IMG/VR virus record: IMGVR_UViG_3300025010_000005
Span: 36,705 to 100,704 of that record
Direction: 5' to 3' (one strand)
Origin: a virus
DNA length: 64,000 nt
Below are positions 1 to 8,425 of the stretch, piece after piece; within the stretch, counting starts at the first letter, position 1; each line of letters starts with the position of its first letter. Both the position numbers and the translations under genes were made by a program. The notes under the pieces are model-generated. The model was not told the DNA's origin, did no database searches, and saw nothing but the letters and a program-made list of their open reading frames with translations.

Positions 1-89
1 AATTGGCACAACAAGATATGAATAAGAAATTGTTCGGAATCAAATCGGAGAGTAAATATAGCTTCTTCAAAGACTTGAAAGGATAAATT

Positions 90-194
90 ATGCCAATTGT
101 AGAAATGGTTCTTGCTTCCATCGCTGGCGGAGTTATTGGTTGGTTTATTGGAGAAGCTATCTGGCTTGTTTTAGTAACCGTCTTTAAATTTTGA
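90..194 (+). CDS. small membrane peptide (34 aa)
   Basis: AAAGGA SD then ATG at 90; hydrophobic MPIVEMVLASIAGGVIGWFIGEAIWLVLVTVFKF; below ORF-track cutoff. Confidence 0.6.
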   Translation: MPIVEMVLASIAGGVIGWFIGEAIWLVLVTVFKF

Positions 195-206
195 GAGGAG
201 AATAAA

Positions 207-365
207 ATGAGTGGAGAAATTATAAATAAAGTTTTGCCTTGTGGAAATAAAGTCGTTAGCAATGATGGGAAGTTTTGGATATCTTCTTGTTTCGATTTAC
301 CTTGCGCAGAATGTGATATGGAAAACTATAACAAATGTAAACGCGACTTTCAAGTTATTGAATAA
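207..365 (+). CDS. small Cys-rich hypothetical protein (52 aa)
   Basis: GAGGAG SD, ATG 207, CxxC; in tandem small-ORF array. Confidence 0.6.
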   Translation: MSGEIINKVLPCGNKVVSNDGKFWISSCFDLPCAECDMENYNKCKRDFQVIE

Positions 366-427
366 AAGGAGGAGAATAATACATTATATTTGTTTGACTA
401 GAACCAGATAAATAAAGGAGAATAATA

Positions 428-667
428 ATGATTAAACTGTGTTATCAAATTGTTTGGAATGTCATTTACAACAAAGACCATTCGATGCTCATGAATCTCA
501 CAAGCCAGGAATTGGTTAAGGAGATGGTGACCTATTTACAAGACATCGACCAGAAGCTTTCAATTCAAGAATATGCAATTGAACAAATGTTTAGAAGAGG
601 TTGCATCCAATGTGTCATTGCAAAATTTTGTTTGCATTCCCTAAACGTTGAGAAGAAGGAGATTTGA
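428..667 (+). CDS. hypothetical protein
   Basis: AAGGAG SD; overlaps next ORF by 4 nt. Confidence 0.6.
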   Translation: MIKLCYQIVWNVIYNKDHSMLMNLTSQELVKEMVTYLQDIDQKLSIQEYAIEQMFRRGCIQCVIAKFCLHSLNVEKKEI

Positions 668-930
668 TGATGAGTAAACCAGATGTTAAAATTTATAAAG
701 TATTAGATTTTTATAATGTAATGTCTTACATTCGAGAAGAATTTGGCATCGAGTTTTATAATGAATTTGATAATTGGTTTTATTCTAGGCATAATGTTAA
801 CAATGATTCTATGATAAACATTTATGTTGATGATATCAACAACGAGTTTCACAAATTTCTAAAAGAAACATTTCCGGAAGCTTTAAACGGAACACACAAT
901 GATATTATCCGCTTCTGGGTTTCGTGGTAA
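664..930 (+). CDS. hypothetical protein
   Basis: AAGGAG SD; acidic/aromatic phage-type small protein. Confidence 0.75.
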   Translation: MMMSKPDVKIYKVLDFYNVMSYIREEFGIEFYNEFDNWFYSRHNVNNDSMINIYVDDINNEFHKFLKETFPEALNGTHNDIIRFWVSW

Positions 931-942
931 AGGAGAATAAAG

Positions 943-1149
943 ATGGATGAAGAAGATTTGAAAAATTTGGAAAGCTGGTTATCTTATGAAGTGGAACAAA
1001 ATCTTGATAGGTATATGGGAAAGGTTTTAGACCTAATCATAGACTATCGAGAAATTACAAAAGATAGAGATGAATGGGAGAAAATGTATAACAAGTTAAA
1101 AGACAATATTCCAGAACGTTGTACTGGTTGTGATGAGAAGGGATGTTGA
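943..1149 (+). CDS. hypothetical protein
   Basis: AAGGAG SD; C-terminal CxxC. Confidence 0.7.
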   Translation: MDEEDLKNLESWLSYEVEQNLDRYMGKVLDLIIDYREITKDRDEWEKMYNKLKDNIPERCTGCDEKGC

Positions 1150-1260
1150 ATATGGCCCCTGGGCCACAAATATCTAGGGAATAGAATATTCCCCCCTATG
1201 GGTGAAATATCCTTGGGGCGAACGCACTATAATCCTGGAATTTAATATCTACTTCTAATG

Positions 1261-1287
1261 GAGGCCGTATTTTACGGTCTCTTTTTT
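1261..1287 (+). terminator. intrinsic terminator
   Basis: GAGGCCGTA-ttt-TACGGTCTC stem followed by T6. Confidence 0.8.
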
Positions 1288-2131
1288 GCTTGGGACTATA
1301 CTGATCGGTATATTACAGTCTTAGGATTTGAAAAGTGGACCCATATTTCAAATTATTGAGCGTGTTTTTAAATAAAGAAGAAAAAGAGAGAAGATAATAT
1401 TTAGTCAAATGATTGAAGAACGGAAGAAAAAGAGAAGAGAAATAAACATTAAGCGTTAATAACAACATATATTTGAGGTGTGTTGGAGGAATGAGAAGAT
1501 TGAATGAAAATTTTGTTGAGTATTATAAAGAAATGAAAGAATTTTGTATGTTATTTTGTAAGATATATAAGAAAAGAAGAAAAATTGAAAGATAAATATG
1601 TCCGATATGTTTTATTTTGGTTCTGCAAAAGAACTTCCTTCCATCGATTTATGGAATAGAACAAGACAAAAAAAATACACTTAGACTCTTTTTACAAGAA
1701 TTTAAGCGTTATAGTTATTTTATATTATTATTCCCATATATTGATCTGTCTTATGGTCTCCTGCATGGGACTAGTCTCTTAACAATTCTTAATGTTAAGT
1801 TTTGTAAAGCTTCATTCATCGTTACAAACTACCCTCCATAGGACTATTCCCATTAGTTTTAAGGCGTGAATCGCTCAGGTCAAACTTGACCTAAAAATGT
1901 TTTTATCGGCCTTAAATCATTTCTGACAAAACATTCAATATAAGGAAAAAACCGATGTTTTCGTTTTGAAGGATCGAGCGACAAGCATGGCGGAGTCCGA
2001 TGGAGTTGTATATAAGCGAGGCGAAGTCTCTTTTTTTCCTGAAGTCGAGTAAACAAGTCGAGAGTCCAGGACTCTGCTATGTACCATAGTAAAGCTGGAA
2101 AAATTGATCTAATTTTGTTTTCTAAAACCCC

Positions 2132-2160
2132 TTGACAGGAGAAACGATCGGAGTTAATCT
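2132..2160 (+). promoter_or_regulatory. sigma70/sigmaA-type promoter
   Basis: TTGACA-17 nt-TAATCT with AT-rich upstream tract. Confidence 0.75.
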
Positions 2161-2303
2161 TGTTTCAAGTTCAAAGGGACATTGACAATTTGAGGGAAAA
2201 CAAGCGTAACGGCGAAAGCCAACAAAACGCCATGCTATTATGTTATAGCCGTTTTCTCACTCATACCATAGCGCTCCAAGTGAGCGCGGAAAAGGACTAT
2301 CTA

Positions 2304-2921
2304 ATGGCTAAAGCAAATGACAACACCACCACCAAGCAAGCTCAACTCCAAGCCGCTATCGACAACGAAGCGATGATCAAGGCGGCCACTCAAGAGCCTA
2401 ATGAGGCTCAGCAGGAAACGGAAAAGATCATGGCTGTCATCGCCAATCCGATCGAGTTGTTGCGCAACAAGAAAAAAGTGGCTTTGCAGGCGGAAATTGA
2501 CGAATTGAAGGCTTTGATGGTCGATCCTGAAGCGATCGATCAAGCAAGGGAAGACCTCGAATTGGCCGAGTCCAACTATAACACCGCCAAACAAGCCTAC
2601 GATGCCCTCAAGGCCTCCAACCGTGACGCTGAAGTATATTTGAATCAGTTGACGGCCGACATGGGCAAGCTCAATGCTCCCATCTCAGTTCAAAGCGCAC
2701 CCACTGGCTCCCGTCAAAGGACGGATAGCACTCAACTCCTCTCCAAGCTTCCCTCCACGTTCAAGCGTGGCGACATGAAGCAAGCGCTTGCCAACGTCAA
2801 AGGATGTGACGTGGACATGGTGAGTGATAACAGCGTTTCCGGCATGATCTACAAATTGGCGCATGGTGAGCGCCCGGTAATCCAACCCACCAACAACTCC
2901 GGCGAATACTCCAAGGTTTAA
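2304..2921 (+). CDS. GC-rich coiled-coil protein with probable C-terminal winged-helix domain (putative early protein)
   Basis: AAAGGA SD before ATG 2304 (MAKANDN...), preferred over the TTG at 2160; heptad-rich N-terminal region; C-terminal helix-helix-wing pattern; own promoter and terminator. Confidence 0.75.
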   Translation: MAKANDNTTTKQAQLQAAIDNEAMIKAATQEPNEAQQETEKIMAVIANPIELLRNKKKVALQAEIDELKALMVDPEAIDQAREDLELAESNYNTAKQAYDALKASNRDAEVYLNQLTADMGKLNAPISVQSAPTGSRQRTDSTQLLSKLPSTFKRGDMKQALANVKGCDVDMVSDNSVSGMIYKLAHGERPVIQPTNNSGEYSKV

Positions 2922-2924
2922 CGC

Positions 2925-2954
2925 AAGGGACTCCCGAATGGGAGTCCTTTTTTT
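2925..2954 (+). terminator. intrinsic terminator
   Basis: GGGACTCCC-gaat-GGGAGTCCT then T tract. Confidence 0.85.
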
Positions 2955-3057
2955 AACTATATATCCTCACAGACTCCTCACAGAAGTTATACGCTTCCTT
3001 TGTGTTTAAAGTCCGATTCGGGAGTCTTTTTTTTCTGTTTTTCTTGCTTAACATATA

Positions 3058-3086
3058 TTGACAACAGACTATGAACCTGCTATTGT
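3058..3086 (+). promoter_or_regulatory. sigma70/sigmaA-type promoter with extended -10
   Basis: TTGACA-17 nt-TATTGT with TG at -15/-14. Confidence 0.7.
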
Positions 3087-3119
3087 GTAGGAGTGGACGC
3101 AAGGGAAAGGAGAAACGCA

Positions 3120-3278
3120 ATGACAATTAAGGAATTTAAAGCTTTGATGGTCAAGACGGCAGCCGAAAACAAAAACAATAAAATAATATTTAAAGCGTGT
3201 TTCGGGGCGTTAGAGTCCATTAATTTCGAGGTTGACTGGCTGGACGTAATTGAACAGTACAAAGGGAAGGGAGGCTAA
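3120..3278 (+). CDS. small hypothetical early protein (52 aa)
   Basis: AAAGGAG SD, ATG 3120 (MTIKEFKALM...), bracketed by promoter and terminator. Confidence 0.7.
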   Translation: MTIKEFKALMVKTAAENKNNKIIFKACFGALESINFEVDWLDVIEQYKGKGG

Positions 3279-3293
3279 CGCCTCCTTTTTTTT
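3269..3293 (+). terminator. intrinsic terminator
   Basis: GGAGGC-taac-GCCTCC then T8. Confidence 0.85.
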
Positions 3294-3569
3294 GCCTATA
3301 TGTCAATTGACGGGTATATCATGGCACCTTCCATACAATCGCTTTAAACACCTCTCACAGCCTCAGGAAGGCCCCTTACATATGGCCATGCTACAATCTA
3401 TCATCCGACCAGGAGAGGCACCTTTACGACTCAACCAGGGTGCTTCTGCAACACGAGTCCAAAATAGGCCCCCTGTCGCAAAAATTTCGGGAGTCTGCAT
3501 GTGGGTGGGGGCTGGATGGGTGACAATATATTAGTAGTATTTAACCGTTTGTCGGAATCGCTGACCGGA

Positions 3570-3905
3570 TTAAAACAAAGTAATTTCGACTAAGGCAATA
3601 AATTTTAGATCAAAAAATTTACCACTCAATCTTGTTTGTTCTGTTTTTATGTAATTTAATTTCTTCATTCTCCTAATATATCCTGCAATCTGGTTAAATG
3701 TATATTCTTCTTTGTTATAATTAAATTCTAAAAGTATATCTCTATAACTTTTTGGGTCTTCATTCTTTATAATTTGTAAAATTTTAACATATTTTCTGTT
3801 ATAAGCATTATTTTTTAAAGAAATTTTTTGCATATTTGTCTCCTTTATACCGTTAACCACAAACGTTGACCGTAATCGTTTGTCACTTTTTATTTTATAT
3901 ATCAC
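3570..3905 (-). CDS. putative winged-helix DNA-binding protein
   Basis: AGGAG SD; basic; helix TFNQIAGYIRRMKKLNYI followed by a beta wing. Confidence 0.55.
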   Translation of the reverse strand: MIYKIKSDKRLRSTFVVNGIKETNMQKISLKNNAYNRKYVKILQIIKNEDPKSYRDILLEFNYNKEEYTFNQIAGYIRRMKKLNYIKTEQTRLSGKFFDLKFIALVEITLF

Positions 3906-4025
3906 GTCTCCTAATATAACAAATTAGAACTCTACATCTCCTATTTGATGTATTAGATTCATTTAAACATTTTCAGAAATTGTATAAGGTGTATTTGTAC
4001 GTCTCCTGTTACAACTTAACCTTAC

Positions 4026-4053
4026 AAAAAGAAGCCCCCTTTATGGAGGCTTC
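4026..4053 (-). terminator. intrinsic terminator
   Basis: GAAGCC...GGCTTC stem with A tract on the left. Confidence 0.7.
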
Positions 4054-4104
4054 ATCATATCTAAATGAATAAAACTTTTCGGGCAAAGCATATAAACTTC
4101 TGGT

Positions 4105-4527
4105 TTATTTAACTCCAAGAACTCTACGACTATATCTACTTCTATATATGCCTCTGGAAACAACTGCTGATCTTCCCATATTATAGGCACATAAGGTTCT
4201 ATGCCAATCTCCATTGAAGAACAAATTAAGTCTCTTAAGCAATCGAGCGCCAGCGTTAATATTGTCTTGAGGGTTATTCCACTTCTCTCCTTTATAGAAG
4301 TGATCTAATTTAACTTGCATCAATCCATATGCTTGACCAGAAACAACTGTTCTCCTAAAGCTTGATTCATACAAAATAACTCTTTTAATTATCTTCTCTG
4401 GTACTTTATATCTCACTGAAGCAGAATATATCTCTTTATTGTATCTGTCTCTTATATCTCCTGCATACACCTTTTCGGGTAAACAAATATTAAATAGTAA
4501 AACAATTAATAATATATATCTTAGAAT
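4105..4527 (-). CDS. lytic transglycosylase (SLT family) with N-terminal signal peptide, probable ATT start
   Basis: ESS, GLMQ and AYNMG motifs; frame open upstream of GTG 4470 to an ATT 6 nt after AAGGAG, adding LRYILLIVLLFNICLPEKVYA. Confidence 0.85.
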   Translation of the reverse strand: MLRYILLIVLLFNICLPEKVYAGDIRDRYNKEIYSASVRYKVPEKIIKRVILYESSFRRTVVSGQAYGLMQVKLDHFYKGEKWNNPQDNINAGARLLKRLNLFFNGDWHRTLCAYNMGRSAVVSRGIYRSRYSRRVLGVK

Positions 4528-4560
4528 GATTATCTCCTTATTCTCTGGTATATCCGTTAA

Positions 4561-4958
4561 AAATAAAATAAACTCCTAACTATTATCTAGTTAAGAGTCT
4601 TATAAATCCCATATATCTCGTATAGTCTTCTTTTATAGTCTCCTACGTGAGTAGGATAACCAGGAAGGTTAAACTGAACTATCCCGTTGTCCCTCGTCTC
4701 TTTCTTTCATCCTTTGATGGTTTCACGAGGTTTTTTGGAACACCCGTTTATAAACATCAGAAAATGCCGAATAGTATTTTGGCACTATTCAGAAAGAGCG
4801 AGGAACAGCGGATGAAGTTGTACACCTCCACTTGATAGTTCAGATAACCTCTGGTTTTTGTTTGTTCCCAGTATAGGCCGATCTTCACTAGGTACTTGTC
4901 GTTGCCCCTGTCCCTACAGCCCAACGTGTTGAATTCTATTTCAACATTAAACTTGTAC
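4561..4958 (-). ncRNA. candidate ~390-nt structured RNA of unknown family
   Basis: GC-enriched intergenic region with long-range pairing 4658-4704 with 4791-4856, several hairpins, upstream GTAAAATAAT motif (4964-4973) and terminator at 4561-4598. Confidence 0.65.
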
Positions 4959-4969
4959 CATGTATTATT

Positions 4970-5410
4970 TTACATCTCTTTTGCTAATTCATCACATCTC
5001 TCATTGTATTGGTTTCCAGAATGTCCTCTTACATATTGCCATGTAATATCCAAACCTTGAGTCTTCTGGTCTAACTCAATCCAAAGGTCTATATTTTTAT
5101 ATTTGGAGTTAGAATCGAATTGACCAATCCTCTTCCAGTTATGAATCCATTTTGTTATACCACTGATTACATACATGGAATCTGTATGAATCGTTATAGG
5201 GATTGTTTTTATATCTAATTTGTTCATTACCAAGATTGCTGCTTTTAATTCTTCCCTATTATTTGTTGTATATGCAGATCGTTCACCTTTAAATTCTCTT
5301 TTTTGAATTGTAAAGTGTTCGTTTCTAAGTAATAATATTGCAGAATGATTTCCTGAACCGGGATTTCCCAAACATGATCCATCACAATATGCTTCTATTT
5401 TAAAACTCAA
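4970..5410 (-). CDS. rnhA: ribonuclease HI
   Basis: DGSCLGNPG, TNNREEL, TDSMYV, NIDLW, VRGHSG-NERCDELA motifs. Confidence 0.95.
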   Translation of the reverse strand: MSFKIEAYCDGSCLGNPGSGNHSAILLLRNEHFTIQKREFKGERSAYTTNNREELKAAILVMNKLDIKTIPITIHTDSMYVISGITKWIHNWKRIGQFDSNSKYKNIDLWIELDQKTQGLDITWQYVRGHSGNQYNERCDELAKEM

Positions 5411-5453
5411 ATTTCCCCCTAATAAAAAGGCCAGATTTCTCTGGCCAATAAAT

Positions 5454-5696
5454 TTACTTGCTCTGGAATAACATACAATGGCATTGTCCGTTAAACTGTA
5501 TATTATCTTCTGAATCTTTACAAGGGCAAATATATTGTCTTCTACTAACCTCTGGAACTAAATCAATAACAATGCATGGACAATAAGCTCGCTTGTATAT
5601 TTTCTCGTTGTGTGCAAGTCCTTCAACGATTGTGTCATATACTTCTTCGTTTACTGTATATCCTTTTATTTCGGCATACTTCTTTATATTAAGCAT
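5454..5696 (-). CDS. ferredoxin-thioredoxin reductase catalytic subunit-like protein
   Basis: diagnostic CPC...CPC...CHC triad in an 80-aa protein. Confidence 0.9.
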   Translation of the reverse strand: MLNIKKYAEIKGYTVNEEVYDTIVEGLAHNEKIYKRAYCPCIVIDLVPEVSRRQYICPCKDSEDNIQFNGQCHCMLFQSK

Positions 5697-5697
5697 T

Positions 5698-5880
5698 TTA
5701 CCTCTTCATATTATAATTCAATTCTGAGTCTTCATACCAGCAGAGTGTATTATCTCCGAAGATCAACAAGTAAGGTAAGTTATTATTATCACGAAAATCT
5801 ACTCTGTGAACAATTCCAACTCTTCCAACATTATTATCCTTTTGGTTGATAACGACAACTTCATCATCTAATCGAAACAT
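5698..5880 (-). CDS. small SH3/KOW-like hypothetical protein
   Basis: AGGAGG SD; DEVVVI..GRVGIV..YLL.F..WY..EL pattern. Confidence 0.7.
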   Translation of the reverse strand: MFRLDDEVVVINQKDNNVGRVGIVHRVDFRDNNNLPYLLIFGDNTLCWYEDSELNYNMKR

Positions 5881-5896
5881 CTTTGTTTCCTCCTAT

Positions 5897-6190
5897 TTAC
5901 TTCAACTCCACTATATAATCCCGGAGATTATTTAAGTCCCAATAAAGATCTTTGTTTCCGATTCTCGTTTCAATGATGTAACTGCAAGTATCTAATTCTG
6001 TATCAATATCATAACAATGGATTCCACAATAATTTATATCTCCGTAAGTGAACACGATTAAGAAAGAATCTTCTGCTTCTCTAACGTATTCAATATTCAC
6101 TTGTTTCATCTCTGTTAGTTGCGAGAACACGTTAGCCATTTCGCCAAAATCACAATGTTTGATCACACCAAATAAATTTGAGCAATCCAT
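5897..6190 (-). CDS. hypothetical protein
   Basis: GGGAG SD; tight packing in minus-strand operon. Confidence 0.7.
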   Translation of the reverse strand: MDCSNLFGVIKHCDFGEMANVFSQLTEMKQVNIEYVREAEDSFLIVFTYGDINYCGIHCYDIDTELDTCSYIIETRIGNKDLYWDLNNLRDYIVELK

Positions 6191-6192
6191 CT

Positions 6193-6522
6193 TTAAGTTT
6201 CTCCCTTCATCACTTCCAATACTTTTCTAGCAATTTCATCTTTTTCTTTTCTCTCTTCAATTTCTTGAAGTCTAATAACTTCTTTAATATGATTTCTTAA
6301 TTGAACGCATTCTAACCAATCTAATTTAATTTCATAAAATCCAAAATCCCAACCATTTTTTTTATCATATTTATTAAACGTAATCGTTCTAAAAAATAAA
6401 TTAATATTAACCCTAGCTGAAAGTGTTGGAAGATATTCGTCATCTGAATTTATAACATAAAATGTTCCGTGGTCTTGTATATATTTCATTGAATAAAGTA
6501 ATTTAAGATATTGATCTCTCAT
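6193..6522 (-). CDS. hypothetical protein
   Basis: AAGGAG SD; operon packing. Confidence 0.7.
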   Translation of the reverse strand: MRDQYLKLLYSMKYIQDHGTFYVINSDDEYLPTLSARVNINLFFRTITFNKYDKKNGWDFGFYEIKLDWLECVQLRNHIKEVIRLQEIEERKEKDEIARKVLEVMKGET

Positions 6523-6536
6523 ATTTAATTATCTCC

Positions 6537-6824
6537 TTAGTAATAATATGTTGCTATTTCTTTGAGTTTTACTTTGTTACACAAAAACTCATTTAGAAGG
6601 CTTTCTACATTTGTAAAAGGTTTATCAAGTCTATAAACAAACCATCCAATTTTTGCAACATATTTTTCATCTACATCTGGAACATGTCCAATAAGTTGAA
6701 TCAACTTTTTATTGATGCTTTTTGAATCGCATCCGACGTTAACCTCGTAACTGTCAAATGGATCTCCATCTTGTACAAACATTTCTTCGCGAAGTCTTTT
6801 GGTTTTATAAACAATTATCTTCAT
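6537..6824 (-). CDS. hypothetical protein
   Basis: AGGAGG SD; operon packing. Confidence 0.7.
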   Translation of the reverse strand: MKIIVYKTKRLREEMFVQDGDPFDSYEVNVGCDSKSINKKLIQLIGHVPDVDEKYVAKIGWFVYRLDKPFTNVESLLNEFLCNKVKLKEIATYYY

Positions 6825-6832
6825 ATACCCTC

Positions 6833-7078
6833 CTATACATCAATTAAATTATCAAACTCTTTCGTAAGTCTATTTGGCGATCCACCATCTTCTATTACAC
6901 GCAAACATCTCCTTAAAGAATCAACATCAGAACCAGTATCATTGTCTATAAAAACTTTTATTGCTGCTGCTCTGTAAATCAATTGTGCTGGATATTGGCT
7001 ACAATAATTTCTACTAAATCCAAGAAATTCAAACATCTCTTTTTCTTTTTCAGAGTAATCGTATTTCCTTCCGTTCAT
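6833..7078 (-). CDS. hypothetical protein
   Basis: AAAGGA SD; operon packing. Confidence 0.7.
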   Translation of the reverse strand: MNGRKYDYSEKEKEMFEFLGFSRNYCSQYPAQLIYRAAAIKVFIDNDTGSDVDSLRRCLRVIEDGGSPNRLTKEFDNLIDV

Positions 7079-7179
7079 ATTGTTTTCCTTTCATTTAACG
7101 TTTGTCTAAAATTCAATAACGGCCTTATATATATCTTTAGGTACAAAGTGACGTGTAGATTGTATAGCGCCTTTATGAA

Positions 7180-7680
7180 TTACTGTCTAATAAATTCAAG
7201 ATAATCATTCCAAACGTTTAAAACATATACTTGCTTTTGTACAGCATAATTTACTGCGTTATATGTTCCTCCACCTATATCGCCATTCCATAAAGCCAAA
7301 AGGGTATCTCCTTCACCAACAAGTTCATCAACCATCCAGACATTTCGTTTCATCATCTTCCATGGATCATATCCAGGCCCACAAACATAATAAACCTCTT
7401 TTGATTCAGATAAAAGTTTTCTATATAATATCCTTGTTTTTTCTGGCCATACAGATTCTTGTCCTTTAAACGGAACCGCTGCAATAAATGGAATTTCCAA
7501 ACAAATTGCTGCATCTGCAAGAGCCATGTCCCAACCAAGAGCCATACCAGAGATTACTTCCGCTGGCTTTAATTTAGATAAAATACTTTGTGCAAAACAA
7601 ATTAACTTATCATATTCTTCTGTCTCTGGATACGCGTTGTTCAATTTGTTTGGTCTGTGACCTGTTCCTGCTAAAATCAT
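7180..7680 (-). CDS. YspA-like SLOG family protein (DUF1273-like)
   Basis: GTGHRP, ISGMALGWD, KRNVWMVD, GGTYNAVNYA motifs. Confidence 0.9.
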   Translation of the reverse strand: MILAGTGHRPNKLNNAYPETEEYDKLICFAQSILSKLKPAEVISGMALGWDMALADAAICLEIPFIAAVPFKGQESVWPEKTRILYRKLLSESKEVYYVCGPGYDPWKMMKRNVWMVDELVGEGDTLLALWNGDIGGGTYNAVNYAVQKQVYVLNVWNDYLEFIRQ

Positions 7681-7937
7681 TTGCCAAGTACCTCAACAAT
7701 AAGTTTTTTGAATTTAATTCGAATATATTCTCCTTGTTGTAACTCTGCATATAAATCATTTCCTGCCATTCCATATTTTTTTACATTATAAATCGTGCTA
7801 ACTGAATTAGATGTTACATTTAACCTATATTTTCCCTTTTCACACATATCAGAATTTTGTTCGGCCACGCTACACCCAAGCGAAAACAAGAACATTGCAC
7901 CAATAATTAATCTTTTCATATTTACCATCCTTTGCAT
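7677..7937 (-). CDS. putative lipoprotein
   Basis: MKRLIIGAMFLFSLGC lipobox-like signal; true start probably the internal Met. Confidence 0.65.
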   Translation of the reverse strand: MQRMVNMKRLIIGAMFLFSLGCSVAEQNSDMCEKGKYRLNVTSNSVSTIYNVKKYGMAGNDLYAELQQGEYIRIKFKKLIVEVLGK

Positions 7938-8425
7938 TGAAGTGTATAAATCCCGACTTTATTTAGTTCTTCAATATTTCTCTGGTTGTCATCAATCATA
8001 ACTGTCACACCGTAGTCCAGACAAACTTGAGCCTTCCATTTTGCCAACTTTAAGGAAAATTTTTCATCGTCAAGTTGTTTTAACTTTCCACTATCTCTCA
8101 ATTCATCAATATAATTGCTTCTTTCTGCCATAGATTTGAATAGTTGAGTTCCCCAATCTTCGTAGAAATGGCACGTTTTTTCGTCAATTCTTGCAAAAAG
8201 ATGAGGAAAAGTGCACATTTGAAGCAAATCATAGCAAGAATGGTCAATTTCGAGACTTTCTAGGTATTTAATGGTAATTAGTGTTTCAGAAACGGGTCTT
8301 GCGGTAATAACATTGACATAACCAATATCCATGTAAGATTTCATCATGTGTTTATAAAATTTCGGATTACGGTCGATTGTACCATCCAAATCAATACCAA
8401 GAACAAATATTTTCTCTTTATCCAT
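7922..8425 (-). CDS. HAD-superfamily phosphatase/nucleotidase-like protein
   Basis: DLDGT motif I, ITAR motif II, Lys and MIDD motif IV. Confidence 0.8.
   Translation of the reverse strand: MDKEKIFVLGIDLDGTIDRNPKFYKHMMKSYMDIGYVNVITARPVSETLITIKYLESLEIDHSCYDLLQMCTFPHLFARIDEKTCHFYEDWGTQLFKSMAERSNYIDELRDSGKLKQLDDEKFSLKLAKWKAQVCLDYGVTVMIDDNQRNIEELNKVGIYTLQCKGW

Noticed and set aside
1617-1841. 74-aa ORF in the non-coding tract, and the 3250-3534 and 4647-4835 ORFs
   Set aside because: No SD, atypical composition, and the latter two cross a terminator or structured RNA.
2160-2303. N-terminal extension of the GC-rich ORF from TTG 2160
   Set aside because: It overlaps the -10 box and has no SD; ATG 2304 has AAAGGA.
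4561-5410. Retron, tmRNA or RNase P assignment for the structured region beside RNase H
   Set aside because: No reverse transcriptase, no tRNA-like ends or tag frame, no RNase P conserved motifs.
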